Part shown: one piece after another, positions 25,601-36,251 of the stretch
Position numbering within the stretch: the stretch's first letter is position 1
How the letters are laid out: each line of letters starts with the position of its first letter
DNA from: Naegleria gruberi
Taxonomy: Eukaryota
Reading direction: 5' to 3' (one strand)
Assembly: GCA_000004985.1 (NCBI GenBank)
Contig: GG738882.1
DNA: 64,000 bases
Notes under the pieces: model-generated
Database searches by the model: none
What the model was told of the DNA's origin: nothing
Seen by the model: the letters and a program-made list of their open reading frames with translations, nothing else
Program-made: the position numbers and the translations under genes

Positions 25601-28600
25601 CAAAACAAGTATCAAATTCACAAAAGTTTCCAGTGCGATTACTGAAACAATTACATTCATTCGGTCCAACACATTCACCATTTGAAGAACAATTTCCAGA
25701 GCAGGTAAATTGGTCACAATTCAATCCAGTCCATCCTTCCTTACATTCACATGTTGGTGGAGATTGAGTACCCTCATTGGTGAGACATTTGCCATTACCA
25801 GAACAAACTCGAGGAGAATTGAAAGTAATTCCAAAACAGCCTAAAACTGCACACTCCTCGCCAGCATAATATCCTTTACATTGACAGGTGTTTGGTGAAG
25901 TACAAGAGCCATTTCCTGAACAAACACTTGAATTATCGTGAGCAATACCAAAGCATTCAAACATTTCACAAATGTGTCCCCTGTATTCTGAATTACATTT
26001 ACATGTATTTGGTGAAACACATTTACCTTTTCCAGAACAAACACTTGAATCGCTCTTATAAATCCCATAACAAGCAAACTTTTCACAAAGGTCTCCATAA
26101 TAGGTTGAATTACATTGACACTTCTTTGGACCAACACAAATTCCCTGTTGATTACATTCAGATGTAAATTGAGCAGAATCAAAACATTCAAATTTTTCAC
26201 AATTAGAACCAAAAGCTCCTTCAACACATGAACAAGTTTCAGGGGCTACACAATTTCCATTGCCACTACACACACTAGAATTTGAGGAAAGAATACCATT
26301 ACACTTAAACTCATTACAAGCACCAAACAGATACTTGTAAGTGCTATTGACAGAGATGGTATAACAGAGCACATTGGCTGATGTGTAAACTGCCAAATCA
26401 CCTGTATCTTGGAGAACGACAGTAAATTGGCCTCCTTCACAAGTTTGATCAGTAATTGGTGTTGATATGACATTGACTGTGGAATTTCCATCTTCTTCAA
26501 TGGTAACATTTGAAAAAGTCAATTCTAATTGACCATTGGCAGATATTTTCAATTCTGCTTCGGAACTTTCAGAATTTACTTGATACAACAATTCATTGGT
26601 CTTGACATTCATAATGGAAAAGTTGCCTTGATTCATTGTTGCCTTATAAATTCCATAGGTTGAGGAGAGTGAACTGTTTGAAGAAAGAACAATTCCTCCT
26701 GTAGTGGCAATCTTGAAATTATCAGAACTAATCTCTCCAATACATTGACATTCATCAACGCCCACACAAATTCCCTTTCCAGAACACACCTTCTTGTTAT
26801 TACTCAAAATACCATAGCATGTGAAATCTGAACAATTATCACCAGTGAACCCAGTATTGCATTGACACTTATTTGGACCAATACATTTACCATTCCCACT
26901 ACAAACGTTGGAAGAAGAAGGATCGATATCATTACATGCAATATATTCACAATTTGTACCATTAGCTCCAGCAGCACAATGACATGTATCATTTGCGACA
27001 CAAACACCATTACCAGAACAGACCAAAGAAATGTTTGCGCTTGGAATACCTGCACAGTAAATAGGTGGTTCTTCACTTTGGGTAGAATTGGATGTATCTA
27101 TGAAGGTGGAATTATCAGTTGATGTTCCATTGTTTTCAGAACTAGTTGAATTATTATCAATCAAAGTACTGTTATCAACGAGTGTGCCATTTTCAACTTT
27201 TGTACTATTATCAGAGATAGTACTGTTATCAACAAGCGTGGAATTATCAGTCAAAGTACTATTGTCTGTTAAGGTACTGTTATTATCATCACTAGGTAAA
27301 GTTTCATTACCACCAGGTACAGTACTATTGTTATCAACTTGTGTACTATTATCATTTGTAAGAGTACTATTATCAAAAATAGTGGAATTTTCATTCAAGG
27401 TACTGTTATCACTAATGACTGTTTCATTACCACTTGGTAATGTACTGTTATTAATGAGTGTGACATTTTCAACTTGTGTGCTGTTATCAACAGTTGTTTC
27501 GTTAGCATCTGATACTGTACTATTATCAACTTGTGTACTATTATCAGAGATAGTACTGTTATCAACCAGAGTGGAATTATCAGTCAAAGTGCTATTATCT
27601 ATCAAAGTACTATTATCAACTTGTGTACTATTATCATTTGTAAGAGTACTATTATCATAAATAGTGGTGTTTTCATTCAAGGTACTGTTATCACTAATGA
27701 CTGTTTCATTACCGCTTGGTAATGTACTGTTATCAATTAAAGTACTGTTTTCAGCAAGAGTTGAATTTTCTCCTTTTGGCAAAGTTTCATTATCAAAGGA
27801 AGTAGTATTATCAACAGTTGTTTCATTACCACTTGGTAAAGTACTGTTATCAACGAGAGTGCCATTTTCAACTTTTGTGCTATTATCAGAGATAGTACTG
27901 TTATCAACCAGAGTGGAATTATCAATCAAACTACTATTGTCTGCTAAGGTACTGTTGTCTGCAAGCGTAGAATTATCCTCAGTTGGCAAAGTTTCATTAT
28001 CAAAAGAAGTGCTATTTTCAGCAATTGTTTCATTAGGCATTTGATGCTGTACTATTATCTATCAAAGTACTGTTATCAATGAGTGTGCCATTTTCAACTT
28101 GTGTGCTGTTATCAATTAAAGTGCTGTTATCAACAAGAGTTGAATTATCTCCCTTTGACAAAGTTTCATTACCAAATGAAGTGCTGTTATCAACAGTTGT
28201 TTCGTTAGCATCTGATGCTGTATTATTGTCAATCAAAGTACTGTTATTTTCAACGAGTGTACTATTATCACCAGGTAAAGTCTCATTACCATCTGGTAAT
28301 GTACTATTATCAGCCAAAGTACTGTTATTTTCAACTTGTGTACTATTATCAGAGATTGTACTATTATCAACAAAAGTTGAATTATCAATCAAAGTACTAT
28401 TATCTATCAAAGTACTGTTATTATCATCACTAGGTAAAGTTTCATTACCACCAGGTACAGTACTATTGTTATCAATTAAAGTACTGTTTTCTGCTAGAGT
28501 GGAATTTTCTCCTTTTGGCAATGTTTCATTATCAAAGGAAGTAGTATTATCAACCGTTGTTTCAATACCTCCTGGTAAGGTACTATTATCAACAATTGTT

Positions 28601-29691
28601 TCATTACCGCTTGGTATAGTTTCATTTGCATCTGATGCTGTACTATTATCCATAACTGTAGTATTAGAATCGTTTGATCCTTCAACAGTTGAGTTCTTTT
28701 CATCTGAGGATACACCGTTATCATTTAAGGTACTATTATCAGCAAGAGTGGAATTATCAATTAAAGTAGTGTTATCAAGCAGCGTACTATTGTCAAATTG
28801 TGTGCTATTATCAGAGATAGTACTGTTATCAACCAGAGTGGAATTATCAGTCAAAGTACTGTTGTCTGCTATGGTACTGTTGTCTGCAAGCGTAGAATTT
28901 TCCTCAGTTGGCAAAGTTGCATTATCAAAAGAAGTACTATTATCAACCAAAGTACTGTTATTTTCAGCAATTGTTTCATTAGCATTTGATGTTGTATTAT
29001 TATCCATAACCGAAGTAGTATTATTGGAATCGTTTGATCCCTCAATGGTAGAGTTCTTTTCATCTGAGGATACACCATTATCAACCAAAGTACTGTTATC
29101 AACGAGTGTGCCATTATTGTCATAGAGAGTACTGTTATCAAGAGTTGAATTATCAATCAATGTACTATTATCTATCAGAGTACTGTTATCAGCAAGTGTA
29201 GAATTTTCCTCAGTTGGCAAAGTTGCATTATCAAAAGAAGTACTATTATCAACCAAAGTACTGTTATCAACAAGCGTGCTGTTGTCAACAACAGAAAGAG
29301 TACTATTGTCCTCTTGTGTGATATTATTGGAAGAATCAACAGAAGGTGAATTAACAACAAGCAAATCACTACAAGTTGGACCTCCATATCCATCGTTACA
29401 TGTCTCACATATTCCAGTCTCGACGTTACAACTGCCATGCTCACATATTCCATTCACATCTGTACAATTCTCTTGGCAATAAGTAGAGTTGTAAGCATAG
29501 TAAGACTCTGCACAAGCGCAATTTGCAGCTCCGCAATCACCCTTACACAATGGGTCAGTAGGGCATGAACTTAATGCAACATCATTGTCAGCCTTAATAA
29601 AAGTAATCAAGGCAAAGAAGAAGAGCAAAACTACAAGCAAAACTGCTCTCTTCTCCAGCAAGATGGTTAATTTCATTTTTTTTACAGTCAA
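7619..29691 (-). CDS. Giant surface glycoprotein gene (~22 kb, ~7,000 aa) interrupted by assembly gaps and two apparent 1-bp frameshifts
   Basis: Three minus-strand ORFs are contiguous: 28033..29691, 13569..28040 and 7619..14995. (1) Signal peptide 'MKLTILLEKRAVLLVVLLFFFALITFIKA'. (2) Cys-rich N-terminal module 'CPTDPLCKGDCGAANCACAESYY...CETCNDGYGGPTC'. (3) About 750 aa of 'DNSTL/V/I' NxS/T pentapeptide repeats (27080-29340). (4) At least 11 units of a ~110-aa bulb-type (B_lectin/comitin-like) module followed by 5-9 EGF repeats of ~32 aa ('C.G......VCSG.G.C..PN.C.C..GY.G..CE.F.C'). Example lectin module: '...LYSLNGKYQFIIQDNKIMITSGN...IVLTNNGDLLLVNY'. This part spans ~14642-27075. (5) After the gap: EGF/Cys-rich region, a Cys-rich 'LECGDDCKAAIKKFLCYQSFTPCNP...' module, and ~600 aa of beta-rich repeats resembling PKD/REJ modules. 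(6) Thr-rich stalk 'TNTTSVTNTTTVTNTTTVSNNTS'. (7) TM helix 'IGVSVTLVVLVLIATAGVVVIVAI' followed by 'RKKK'. (8) Acidic tail. The ORFs join through a 1-bp indel at ~28035 and are split by N-runs. Confidence 0.8.
13597..14641. other. Assembly gap (N-run, ~1045 nt) inside the giant gene
   Basis: Run of n. ORFs 13573..14655(-) and 13576..14646(+), translated as X, are gap artefacts. Confidence 0.99.
14642..27075 (-). repeat. Tandem coding array of tenascin-type EGF repeats (~96 bp) punctuated by bulb-lectin-like modules
   Basis: Regular Cys spacing in the translation. At least 11 lectin-like modules each carry 'NGKY' and 'NNG(D/N)L(V/L)' motifs typical of beta-prism II lectins. The array is interrupted by the N-run at 18237-18497. 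Confidence 0.75.
18237..18497. other. Assembly gap (N-run, 261 nt) inside the giant gene, in frame as sized
   Basis: Run of n. It is 87 codons, so the ORF continues through it. Confidence 0.99.
27080..29340 (-). repeat. Coding minisatellite: 15-bp (pentapeptide 'DNSTL') N-glycosylation-sequon repeat array, ~2.2 kb
   Basis: On the plus strand, 'agtact(a/g)tt(a/g)tcaac'-type 15-mers are reiterated about 150 times. The translation is '...DNSTLVDNSTLIDNSTLTDNSTISDNSTQVDNSTL...' with occasional 'PSGNETL'. Confidence 0.85.
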
Positions 29692-30431
29692 AACTTGTGC
29701 AAGTGTATAAATACTTTTATTCCATTAAGAATACTTGTTTTTAAATAAGGACCTTAGAGGAGATCGCGTGAATCAATAGCAAATAGCATCGCCCAACACT
29801 AGTGTTGTTGAATATTTACTGGTAAGTGTGCACCTAGAGGATTTGCTTTAAATTTATCACTCGTATGTTGGTTTTCAAGATGCATAAACCACAAACAAAA
29901 ATATTGTTAGGGGCACTGTATGCAGCCTTGACCTTTCAACAATAATCCCAATTCCATGTTAATCCTTCAGTTCCTTATTTATCTATTAGAAAAGTCCAAA
30001 ACAAAGTTTGCTTTGAGTTTAATTACCAAGGCAATGAACCTCATCCATGTTACATCTATGTTTGTGCAAAATATGTGACACTCGATTATGTGCATCTTGT
30101 GTCCTTTTCGAGACATTTTCTGGTTCAACAAGGGCGTATTTGCTCAATAGAATGGAAATAAGGATGAATATGAACAATTTTAATTGGGGTTGCAACATGA
30201 CAATCCCAATGATCAACAATTCTCATCAACTTTGTTTCAGAATAGTTGAACATATATTAGAGATTAATTTTCAATGTAATTCTTATCAAACTATCGCAAA
30301 ACAACCATCCCAACACTCTTCTGAGATTTAATGAACTTATCATGGAGAAACGCCGAATCAATCAAACAACAACTTTCAATCTCCCTAATTGAAAGATTCG
30401 CTCAACAATTTCCGATCCTTCTATGGAATAT

Positions 30432-31112
30432 TTATTGTCTATTGTAAGAAATTACAGACACCAAATACATAATCGGTCTCCAATCAAATTCAGGTAGTTC
30501 AGCCTTAACTGTTATTTCCCAAGTTTCCATCAAATTAACAAATGGTTTTGTTGCAAGTTTAGCATAAACAAGACTTCCATCTGCTGACTTTATATCGATA
30601 TCAATAGTAGCAAATGAAAGGTTTTCTTCTGCATGAGCTACTTGTTCATTAGCACTGTTAAAGATCTTGTATTTTCGTAAAAGGAATGTAAATTCCTGTT
30701 CAATTTTTCCCAATGTCTGGAATGGCACTTCGGTATCGTTTTGACAGACTGCAATATCAACCTTCTGACCCAAAGAGAAGATGGTTCCTCTGCCCTCACA
30801 ACTTCCCAAATCCTCTGGGGTCATCAAATCAATACGATAAGGAACAGCCCAAGATCTAAACTTCATCTTGCCCATCCTATTCGCATCCTCAACAGTTTCA
30901 TTAAATATACCAAATCTTGATAAGCCAAACTCCTTTTGCATTGTTATTTTTGATCCTATAGGGAAGTACTTTAAGTTATCTGTGCTGTAACAATATTGAG
31001 GAGGAATACTGTTGATGATACCAATCGGAAGAAGAATTGCCAATGTCATAATTACTACACAGCAAAAAAAAGCACATCCACATAGTGAGAAGAAGACATT
31101 ACTCTTGGACAT
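30432..31112 (-). CDS. Membrane-anchored hypothetical protein, possibly Tubby-C-like / LURP-one-related / scramblase-fold
   Basis: The N-terminal hydrophobic anchor is 'FFSLCGCAFFCCVVIMTLAILLPIGII'. The C-terminus 'ETWEITVKAELPEFDWRPIMYLVSVISYN' resembles LOR/DUF567 endings. The assignment is weak. Confidence 0.4.
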   Translation of the reverse strand: MSKSNVFFSLCGCAFFCCVVIMTLAILLPIGIINSIPPQYCYSTDNLKYFPIGSKITMQKEFGLSRFGIFNETVEDANRMGKMKFRSWAVPYRIDLMTPEDLGSCEGRGTIFSLGQKVDIAVCQNDTEVPFQTLGKIEQEFTFLLRKYKIFNSANEQVAHAEENLSFATIDIDIKSADGSLVYAKLATKPFVNLMETWEITVKAELPEFDWRPIMYLVSVISYNRQ

Positions 31113-31299
31113 TGCTTAATAATAATAATTTACAGGTATTGCGTTGTCTTGTTGTTGAGAGAATTTCGACGCAACTGTGTTGAGTCTTTTTTTGATAATT
31201 GAAAACTGCCTGTAATTGCTCAAGGTTCATTACAGCGAGTAGAGGCAATGTAGTAGTATTAGTATTCAACTCAACATTTTAAAAGGAATAAGTAGTTAA

Positions 31300-33201
31300 T
31301 TAAATTGACAAGTTGATAGGTCCATTCTCGATCATTAATTCAAAGGGTGTGTTTACCCCATTTTGCTTCCATCCATTCTTTTCACTCTTTTTCAAAAATT
31401 CCAAAACGTCCTTTGCATAATTATTGGCTCTGAATTTCATCAATTGATGTATGACTTTCACAGGTATCTTACCTTTAAAGTCTATACCTATCAGCTGATA
31501 ATATTTACATGTATTTTCGTCAATATGTTTGAATGCCCAGCCAACTAGTGATAATCCCTTAATAGAATCCTTAATTGGTTTTTCCTTTGGATGGTTTACT
31601 GACTTGACACACAGAAAATAGGTATCACTACTAGGGTCGTAGATTGATGAAGCACAATACATAAAGACTCGATCCTTTGCAGGCCATTTCATTCTGTAAA
31701 CTTCTTGCGTAAATTCACATGCTAGGGTGGTATCTGTTTTTAGAATCCTATCAAGTTGCTCAGAGGATTTCAAAAGCTTGTCATATAATTTTCTATTTTC
31801 TGTATCTAGTAAGCATTTCATCACTTTTTTACAATTGAAAGGAAATAGTATCTCATATTTGAAAAAGTTAATCTTGCTGTCTTCTGTGGACTCCATTCTA
31901 TAATTTTCAGTCGATGTGAATACTTCATAGTTTTTTCCCTTCTTGATCCTGGACCAAAATTCCTCATTCCATAAGTAGTATTTGAGTAGAGAAAAGTGTT
32001 CAACAGTAATAGATGTTACATTCAAATTTTGAATGAATGCAATAAAATTTTGATGTGTTACTGGCTTGAGTGTTGCAACCTTGTCAAGGAGTTGCTCAAT
32101 AGACTCTTCCTTTTGCTTCAATTCTAGAAACCTTTGGAAACGATCACATTTTAGAAATAAGGGAAAACACAACTCCTTCAGTGTATAGGTCACGCATGCT
32201 TCTATTTCATTGAATACATTGAAATAATCTCTAAAAAACTCATCCACCGAAATGGAGTCTACATTAGAAATATGAGTGCAAACATTAATAGACGGAATAT
32301 CATTATCTTCACAAATTAAATCCCCCACAAACAAATCGCCTTCATCAATAGAAGTACGTCCTCTATCACTCGTTGAAACGTCAATAGCAGTTGCATTAGA
32401 ATCTCCTCTTTTTCTACTGCTTTCCAATGCTTGAGAAGGAACAGAGGAAGTTGATACATTACTATTGTTTCTACTCCTTGAAGCTTCAATCAGAGAAGTG
32501 GCTAGCTTTGTAACATCCTTAGGAGTTGATGAAAGAGAGACTCTCCGTGGACACACGTATTCATTGTCATCATTTACAAGTCTAGAAAAGATTTGTATTG
32601 ACTTTTCTCTAATTGAGTGAGGTACATCAAGAAGAGTATCCTGATTCTTCCAATTTCCATCATTGATATAATCATTGTAAATTTCAATAGCAAAGTTTAG
32701 TTTGTTTGTGTTGGACTTTTTAATTTTCATCCATCCAATCTTCTCCAAACAATAATAATAATTAGAAGGTAGTGTATGATATTTGGATTCTCCGTAGGAA
32801 GATTGTGATAATGAAACCTTTCCCTTTGTATTCAGACTTGTTGTACCACTACCAGTACTACAAATATCCTCATCATCATCAAGATTACTATCCATTCGGT
32901 GGGCCATCATTGATAAACTCTCACTCGTTAAATCATTCCTCAAATATTCAACAAAACAAGTTTTAGTTTCCTCCTCATCCAAAACATCCTCAAACGAAAA
33001 TACATAATCATTGACATTAAAAGTCAAGAGTGGTTGTGATTTTTCATCGGCTGATGAGACTGAACTGCTTCGTCTACCTGCTCCTCCTGATGAAGAAGCA
33101 ACTTCAAAGTTTTCCTTGGTACCACTCCTTGATGAACTGCTCGCTCCATACAATGATGATGACATGTTTTTTGTGATTAGTAATGATGATTCCATCTCCA
33201 C
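31300..33201 (-). CDS. START (StAR-related lipid-transfer) domain protein with a possible N-terminal RGS-like domain
   Basis: The C-terminus 'DRVFMYCASSIYD...ENTCKYYQLIGIDFKGKIPVKVIHQLMKFRANNYAKDVLEFLKK' matches the START C-terminal signature (DxKGxIP). The N-terminal 'FEDVLDEEETKTCFVEYLRNDLTSESL' is RGS-like. The Ser-rich N-terminus is low complexity. Confidence 0.55.
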   Translation of the reverse strand: MEMESSLLITKNMSSSLYGASSSSRSGTKENFEVASSSGGAGRRSSSVSSADEKSQPLLTFNVNDYVFSFEDVLDEEETKTCFVEYLRNDLTSESLSMMAHRMDSNLDDDEDICSTGSGTTSLNTKGKVSLSQSSYGESKYHTLPSNYYYCLEKIGWMKIKKSNTNKLNFAIEIYNDYINDGNWKNQDTLLDVPHSIREKSIQIFSRLVNDDNEYVCPRRVSLSSTPKDVTKLATSLIEASRSRNNSNVSTSSVPSQALESSRKRGDSNATAIDVSTSDRGRTSIDEGDLFVGDLICEDNDIPSINVCTHISNVDSISVDEFFRDYFNVFNEIEACVTYTLKELCFPLFLKCDRFQRFLELKQKEESIEQLLDKVATLKPVTHQNFIAFIQNLNVTSITVEHFSLLKYYLWNEEFWSRIKKGKNYEVFTSTENYRMESTEDSKINFFKYEILFPFNCKKVMKCLLDTENRKLYDKLLKSSEQLDRILKTDTTLACEFTQEVYRMKWPAKDRVFMYCASSIYDPSSDTYFLCVKSVNHPKEKPIKDSIKGLSLVGWAFKHIDENTCKYYQLIGIDFKGKIPVKVIHQLMKFRANNYAKDVLEFLKKSEKNGWKQNGVNTPFELMIENGPINLSI

Positions 33202-33419
33202 TCATCAAGTGTTTTTCCTTATGAGCATCCATGAATCTTTTGGAAGAAGATATGTTGAATAAAGCAAGTAATATTCATTATTCAGAAAATATATTCCTAA
33301 CATTTTCATTCTCACCATGAACGGATTAAAGTAGGCCAATTAGTTGTTCGTCGACAACAATAATAATCTTCACATGCTGGTTGTATATTAACACCTAATA
33401 ATTTTCTTTTTTTAAAAAA

Positions 33420-33953
33420 ATGAAACTCTTGTCAATTATGTTGTTGGTGCTCTTGATGAGTACTCTTGTTGTTGTTTTTGGACAACAATCAAATATTAAT
33501 AATTCAACAGGTGTTGGCATTCATGTTGATGAATTGGTTGAATATTATTTAGGAGATCCATCCGATCGTCTCTCAAAGGAAGCAAAAATTTTAACTCCTC
33601 TTGATGAACGTTGTGTAGGCACACAAAAATCATGGACAACAGCTTCTATCTTGTCATTGATTCTAGGAGGTCTAGGAATTGATAGATTATATATTGGACA
33701 TGTAGGAATTGGTCTTTTAAAATTGTTTCTTGGTTTGGCCTTGTTTGGATTTTCCATCTTCAGATGCTGCTTTACCTTTGCTTTTGATACCCAAAAATTC
33801 AATAGAAAGAACAGTATGATGTGGTTGAGTTTTGTTAGCTTGGTGACAATATTCTCATTTGTTCAATTCTTATTGTGGATAATTGATTTGGTTCGTATCA
33901 TGACCAACTCTGTATTGGACGGAAACAATTGTCCCCTCAGTTACTCTAGCTAG
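33420..33953 (+). CDS. TM2 domain-containing protein
   Basis: A signal peptide is followed by 'SILSLILGGLGIDRLYIGHVGIGLLKLF' and 'LWIIDLVRIMTNSVLDGNNCPL'. Both are characteristic TM2-domain motifs (GxxGxDRFYLG...W.IDxxxI...DG). Confidence 0.75.
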   Translation: MKLLSIMLLVLLMSTLVVVFGQQSNINNSTGVGIHVDELVEYYLGDPSDRLSKEAKILTPLDERCVGTQKSWTTASILSLILGGLGIDRLYIGHVGIGLLKLFLGLALFGFSIFRCCFTFAFDTQKFNRKNSMMWLSFVSLVTIFSFVQFLLWIIDLVRIMTNSVLDGNNCPLSYSS

Positions 33954-34221
33954 GAATTTTGAATCTTACATTCCAATAGAACATGAAAAGACAAAGGAAG
34001 TCCAACTCCAATGGATGCACAAATTACAAATTATTGTTTGTAATTTATAATTTATTCGTACGTGGAGTTGAAAAGTTTAACCTCAATATTTCCACTCCAA
34101 TCTCCTCGGGGCTCAGATCAGAACTGTGAAGTTCCAGCACGTATTGTAAGTGTATACAACTGTTGCAGTAAACAATTGCTCTTCAAGTTGCGTTTATACA
34201 GTAACTTGATGATGGGTGGTT

Positions 34222-35044
34222 TTATTTTACAATGAGTGAAATCTCTGAAACAACCTCATCAAAATTATCGGCTTTTCTCTGAGAAGAATCTGTTTTGAAC
34301 AGTTCGAAGGGGTGTATCTGAGCTGTACAACCATTCTCCTTAAATAAATTGTAAACCTTCTCCTGTTGATCTTTTAGCAACGTATTTCTAACTGCAAACA
34401 ACCAAATTATGTCACTGTTTACATATTGAGAAACAAGCTTGGATACGAGAGGCCAGTGTCTGATAGATTCAATTGTCCCATTTAATGAACGTGAATTTCA
34501 AATGAAATAATTCAAACAATACGTACCCTTTTCCTTCCATTTCAAGCCATCCCAATTCATCCACTACTAGGAGAATTTTCTCTCCAACTCTATTTTCCTT
34601 CATTAAGCTTTGAAGTTTCTCCTCCAATAATTGGCTAATCTGACCAAAAACTTCATTATTGAAAATCCAACGAGGTTGCTTTGGTTTCTTTGCCTTCATA
34701 TTTTCAGACATGATTGAAACTGTATCCTCAGGATTGAATTCTGGATTGAGAGTTGCCAATTTAAAAATCTTCTTCTCCTCATTCTCTCCAATTAATTTGG
34801 TAAGGAAATGAATTTCTATTGCCGTACGATGTTGTTCAATATTTACAATTTTAATTTGCTGACTATTATGAGAAGACTTTTCTTGATTCACTTGATCGCC
34901 TTGTTTCTGATCATAGATAGAAGGTTGCACAAAACCAATTACATTCACTGAGGACACCTCTCCAATAACACGTTCCAATGCTGTAGTTTTTCCAAATCCA
35001 ATTTCCCCTCCAACTAGGACGACACTATGCAATTTTTCGACCAT
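34222..35044 (-). CDS. NTPCR/THEP1-family P-loop nucleoside triphosphatase; 2 exons
   Basis: Exons are 35044..34527 and 34459..34222, intron 34460-34526 with donor GTACGT and acceptor atctatCAG. The Walker A is 'VVLVGGEIGFGKTT'. 'LLVVDELGWLEMEGKG' parallels NTPCR 'VIDEIGKMELF'. Exon 2 adds '...HWPLVSKLVSQYVNSDIIWLFAVRNTLLKDQQEKVYNLFKENGC...' ending in TAA at 34222-34224. Confidence 0.65.
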
Positions 35045-36042
35045 TTTTAATAATTGATTAGGATCCGATGATTCGTAATTTGAAGCCTTGCTGATTGTTG
35101 TATCGTTGCCCGATTAATGATGAAGAATCTCCCTGCCAGTGTGGTTTCAATATTTTTTTATATTTTATTAAATCATTGGAATTTTGTACAAAGGTCTCAT
35201 TTGGTTTCCAGTTTTCTATTCTTCTTCATGATGTGTAAAAGATTGAAGTGATCACATGAAGAATTATTAGAAACGAAACAAGTATTGTTCATTTAAGGAC
35301 TTTGCAAGGCATGATTGAGACTTTTAATTTGGTTTAGGCGCCCTCAGCATGCTTTGTAACAATTTGCAAGATTCAACTACTGTACGAATCTCATTCAACC
35401 TCAATGTATTTACAGTAAAATGAGAAGAAACAAAACGAAAGTATCATCCCAAAAGGAATCAACACAAAATATCAACTTATAAATAACTCATTACGTTCCG
35501 TTTCCGAGACAATAAATCATCAACACTTACTAAAATCATCTTTTTTTACAACCTAAAGTCTCTTTTAGGGTCTTCCGAATCCGAGGAATTTATTTCCTCT
35601 CCGGTTTCCTCTCCGAAATACGGAGTTCTTAACTGTAAGGCAAAGCAAGGACCACAAATAGTCGTTGAAAATCATGAGTGACCTCAGCAGGAGACAAATT
35701 ATTTGACTCGCAACACGACAAGCATTTTCTACCCTTCAAAAATAATAATCAAGCATTTTCTTCCCAACAACACAGACCCACTTCAAAATGCCGATCCACA
35801 CAGCTGTGCAAATCATACGGGCTTTGAGGTACCACGAACATTAAACACTTAGAAAAAAAACTCTCAACCGACACTCCACAAAATCCTCCTTGGACTCCTC
35901 TTCACTTCTTCAAAGGCTTTAACTCCTTTGATTTTCCAATTACCTTCCAATAACAACAACAACGAGAAGATTTTGTACACATCCAATAATTAGTGGTGCT
36001 GCATCTATTATAACGTTTGTGTCTTGACAACTGTTTAACTAT

Positions 36043-36052
36043 ATATAATTGA
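36043..36052 (+). promoter_or_regulatory. TATA-like element upstream of the Myb gene
   Basis: 'tatatataat' lies ~200 bp upstream of the ATG at 36252. The ~1 kb leader region (35.3-36.25 kb) is C-rich and not typical AT-rich spacer. Confidence 0.3.
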
Positions 36053-36251
36053 CACAATTCTAAACTCTCTCAAGTTACTGTATCTATCTGAGAATCATTC
36101 CTTTGCAATAAGCAAAACAACAACAATCAACTACTATTATCACATTGACTCAATTGGACGTTGATCCTTTGTTTCTGAAAACTCCCTCTCTCTTGTAAAT
36201 ATATACATTACACTCACATACTTTGACAACAAACCCAGTTAGTTTGTAAAT

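Noticed and set aside
7727-27722. Dozens of 60-190-aa ORFs on both strands inside 7.6-29.7 kb (e.g. 11467..12375(-), 15011..15505(-), 21266..21940(-), 27088..27660(+), 28079..29125(+))
   Set aside because: They are shadow or alternative-frame ORFs within the giant CDS. Their translations are low-complexity (V/L/I/H-rich or S/L/V repeat) and mirror the coding repeat periodicity. They are not independent genes.
27080-29340. A highly regular short-period repeat array that could superficially suggest CRISPR or a satellite
   Set aside because: The period is 15 bp with no spacer structure. It lies inside an open reading frame encoding DNSTL pentapeptides. The context is eukaryotic (introns, tRNA, 5S), so CRISPR does not apply.
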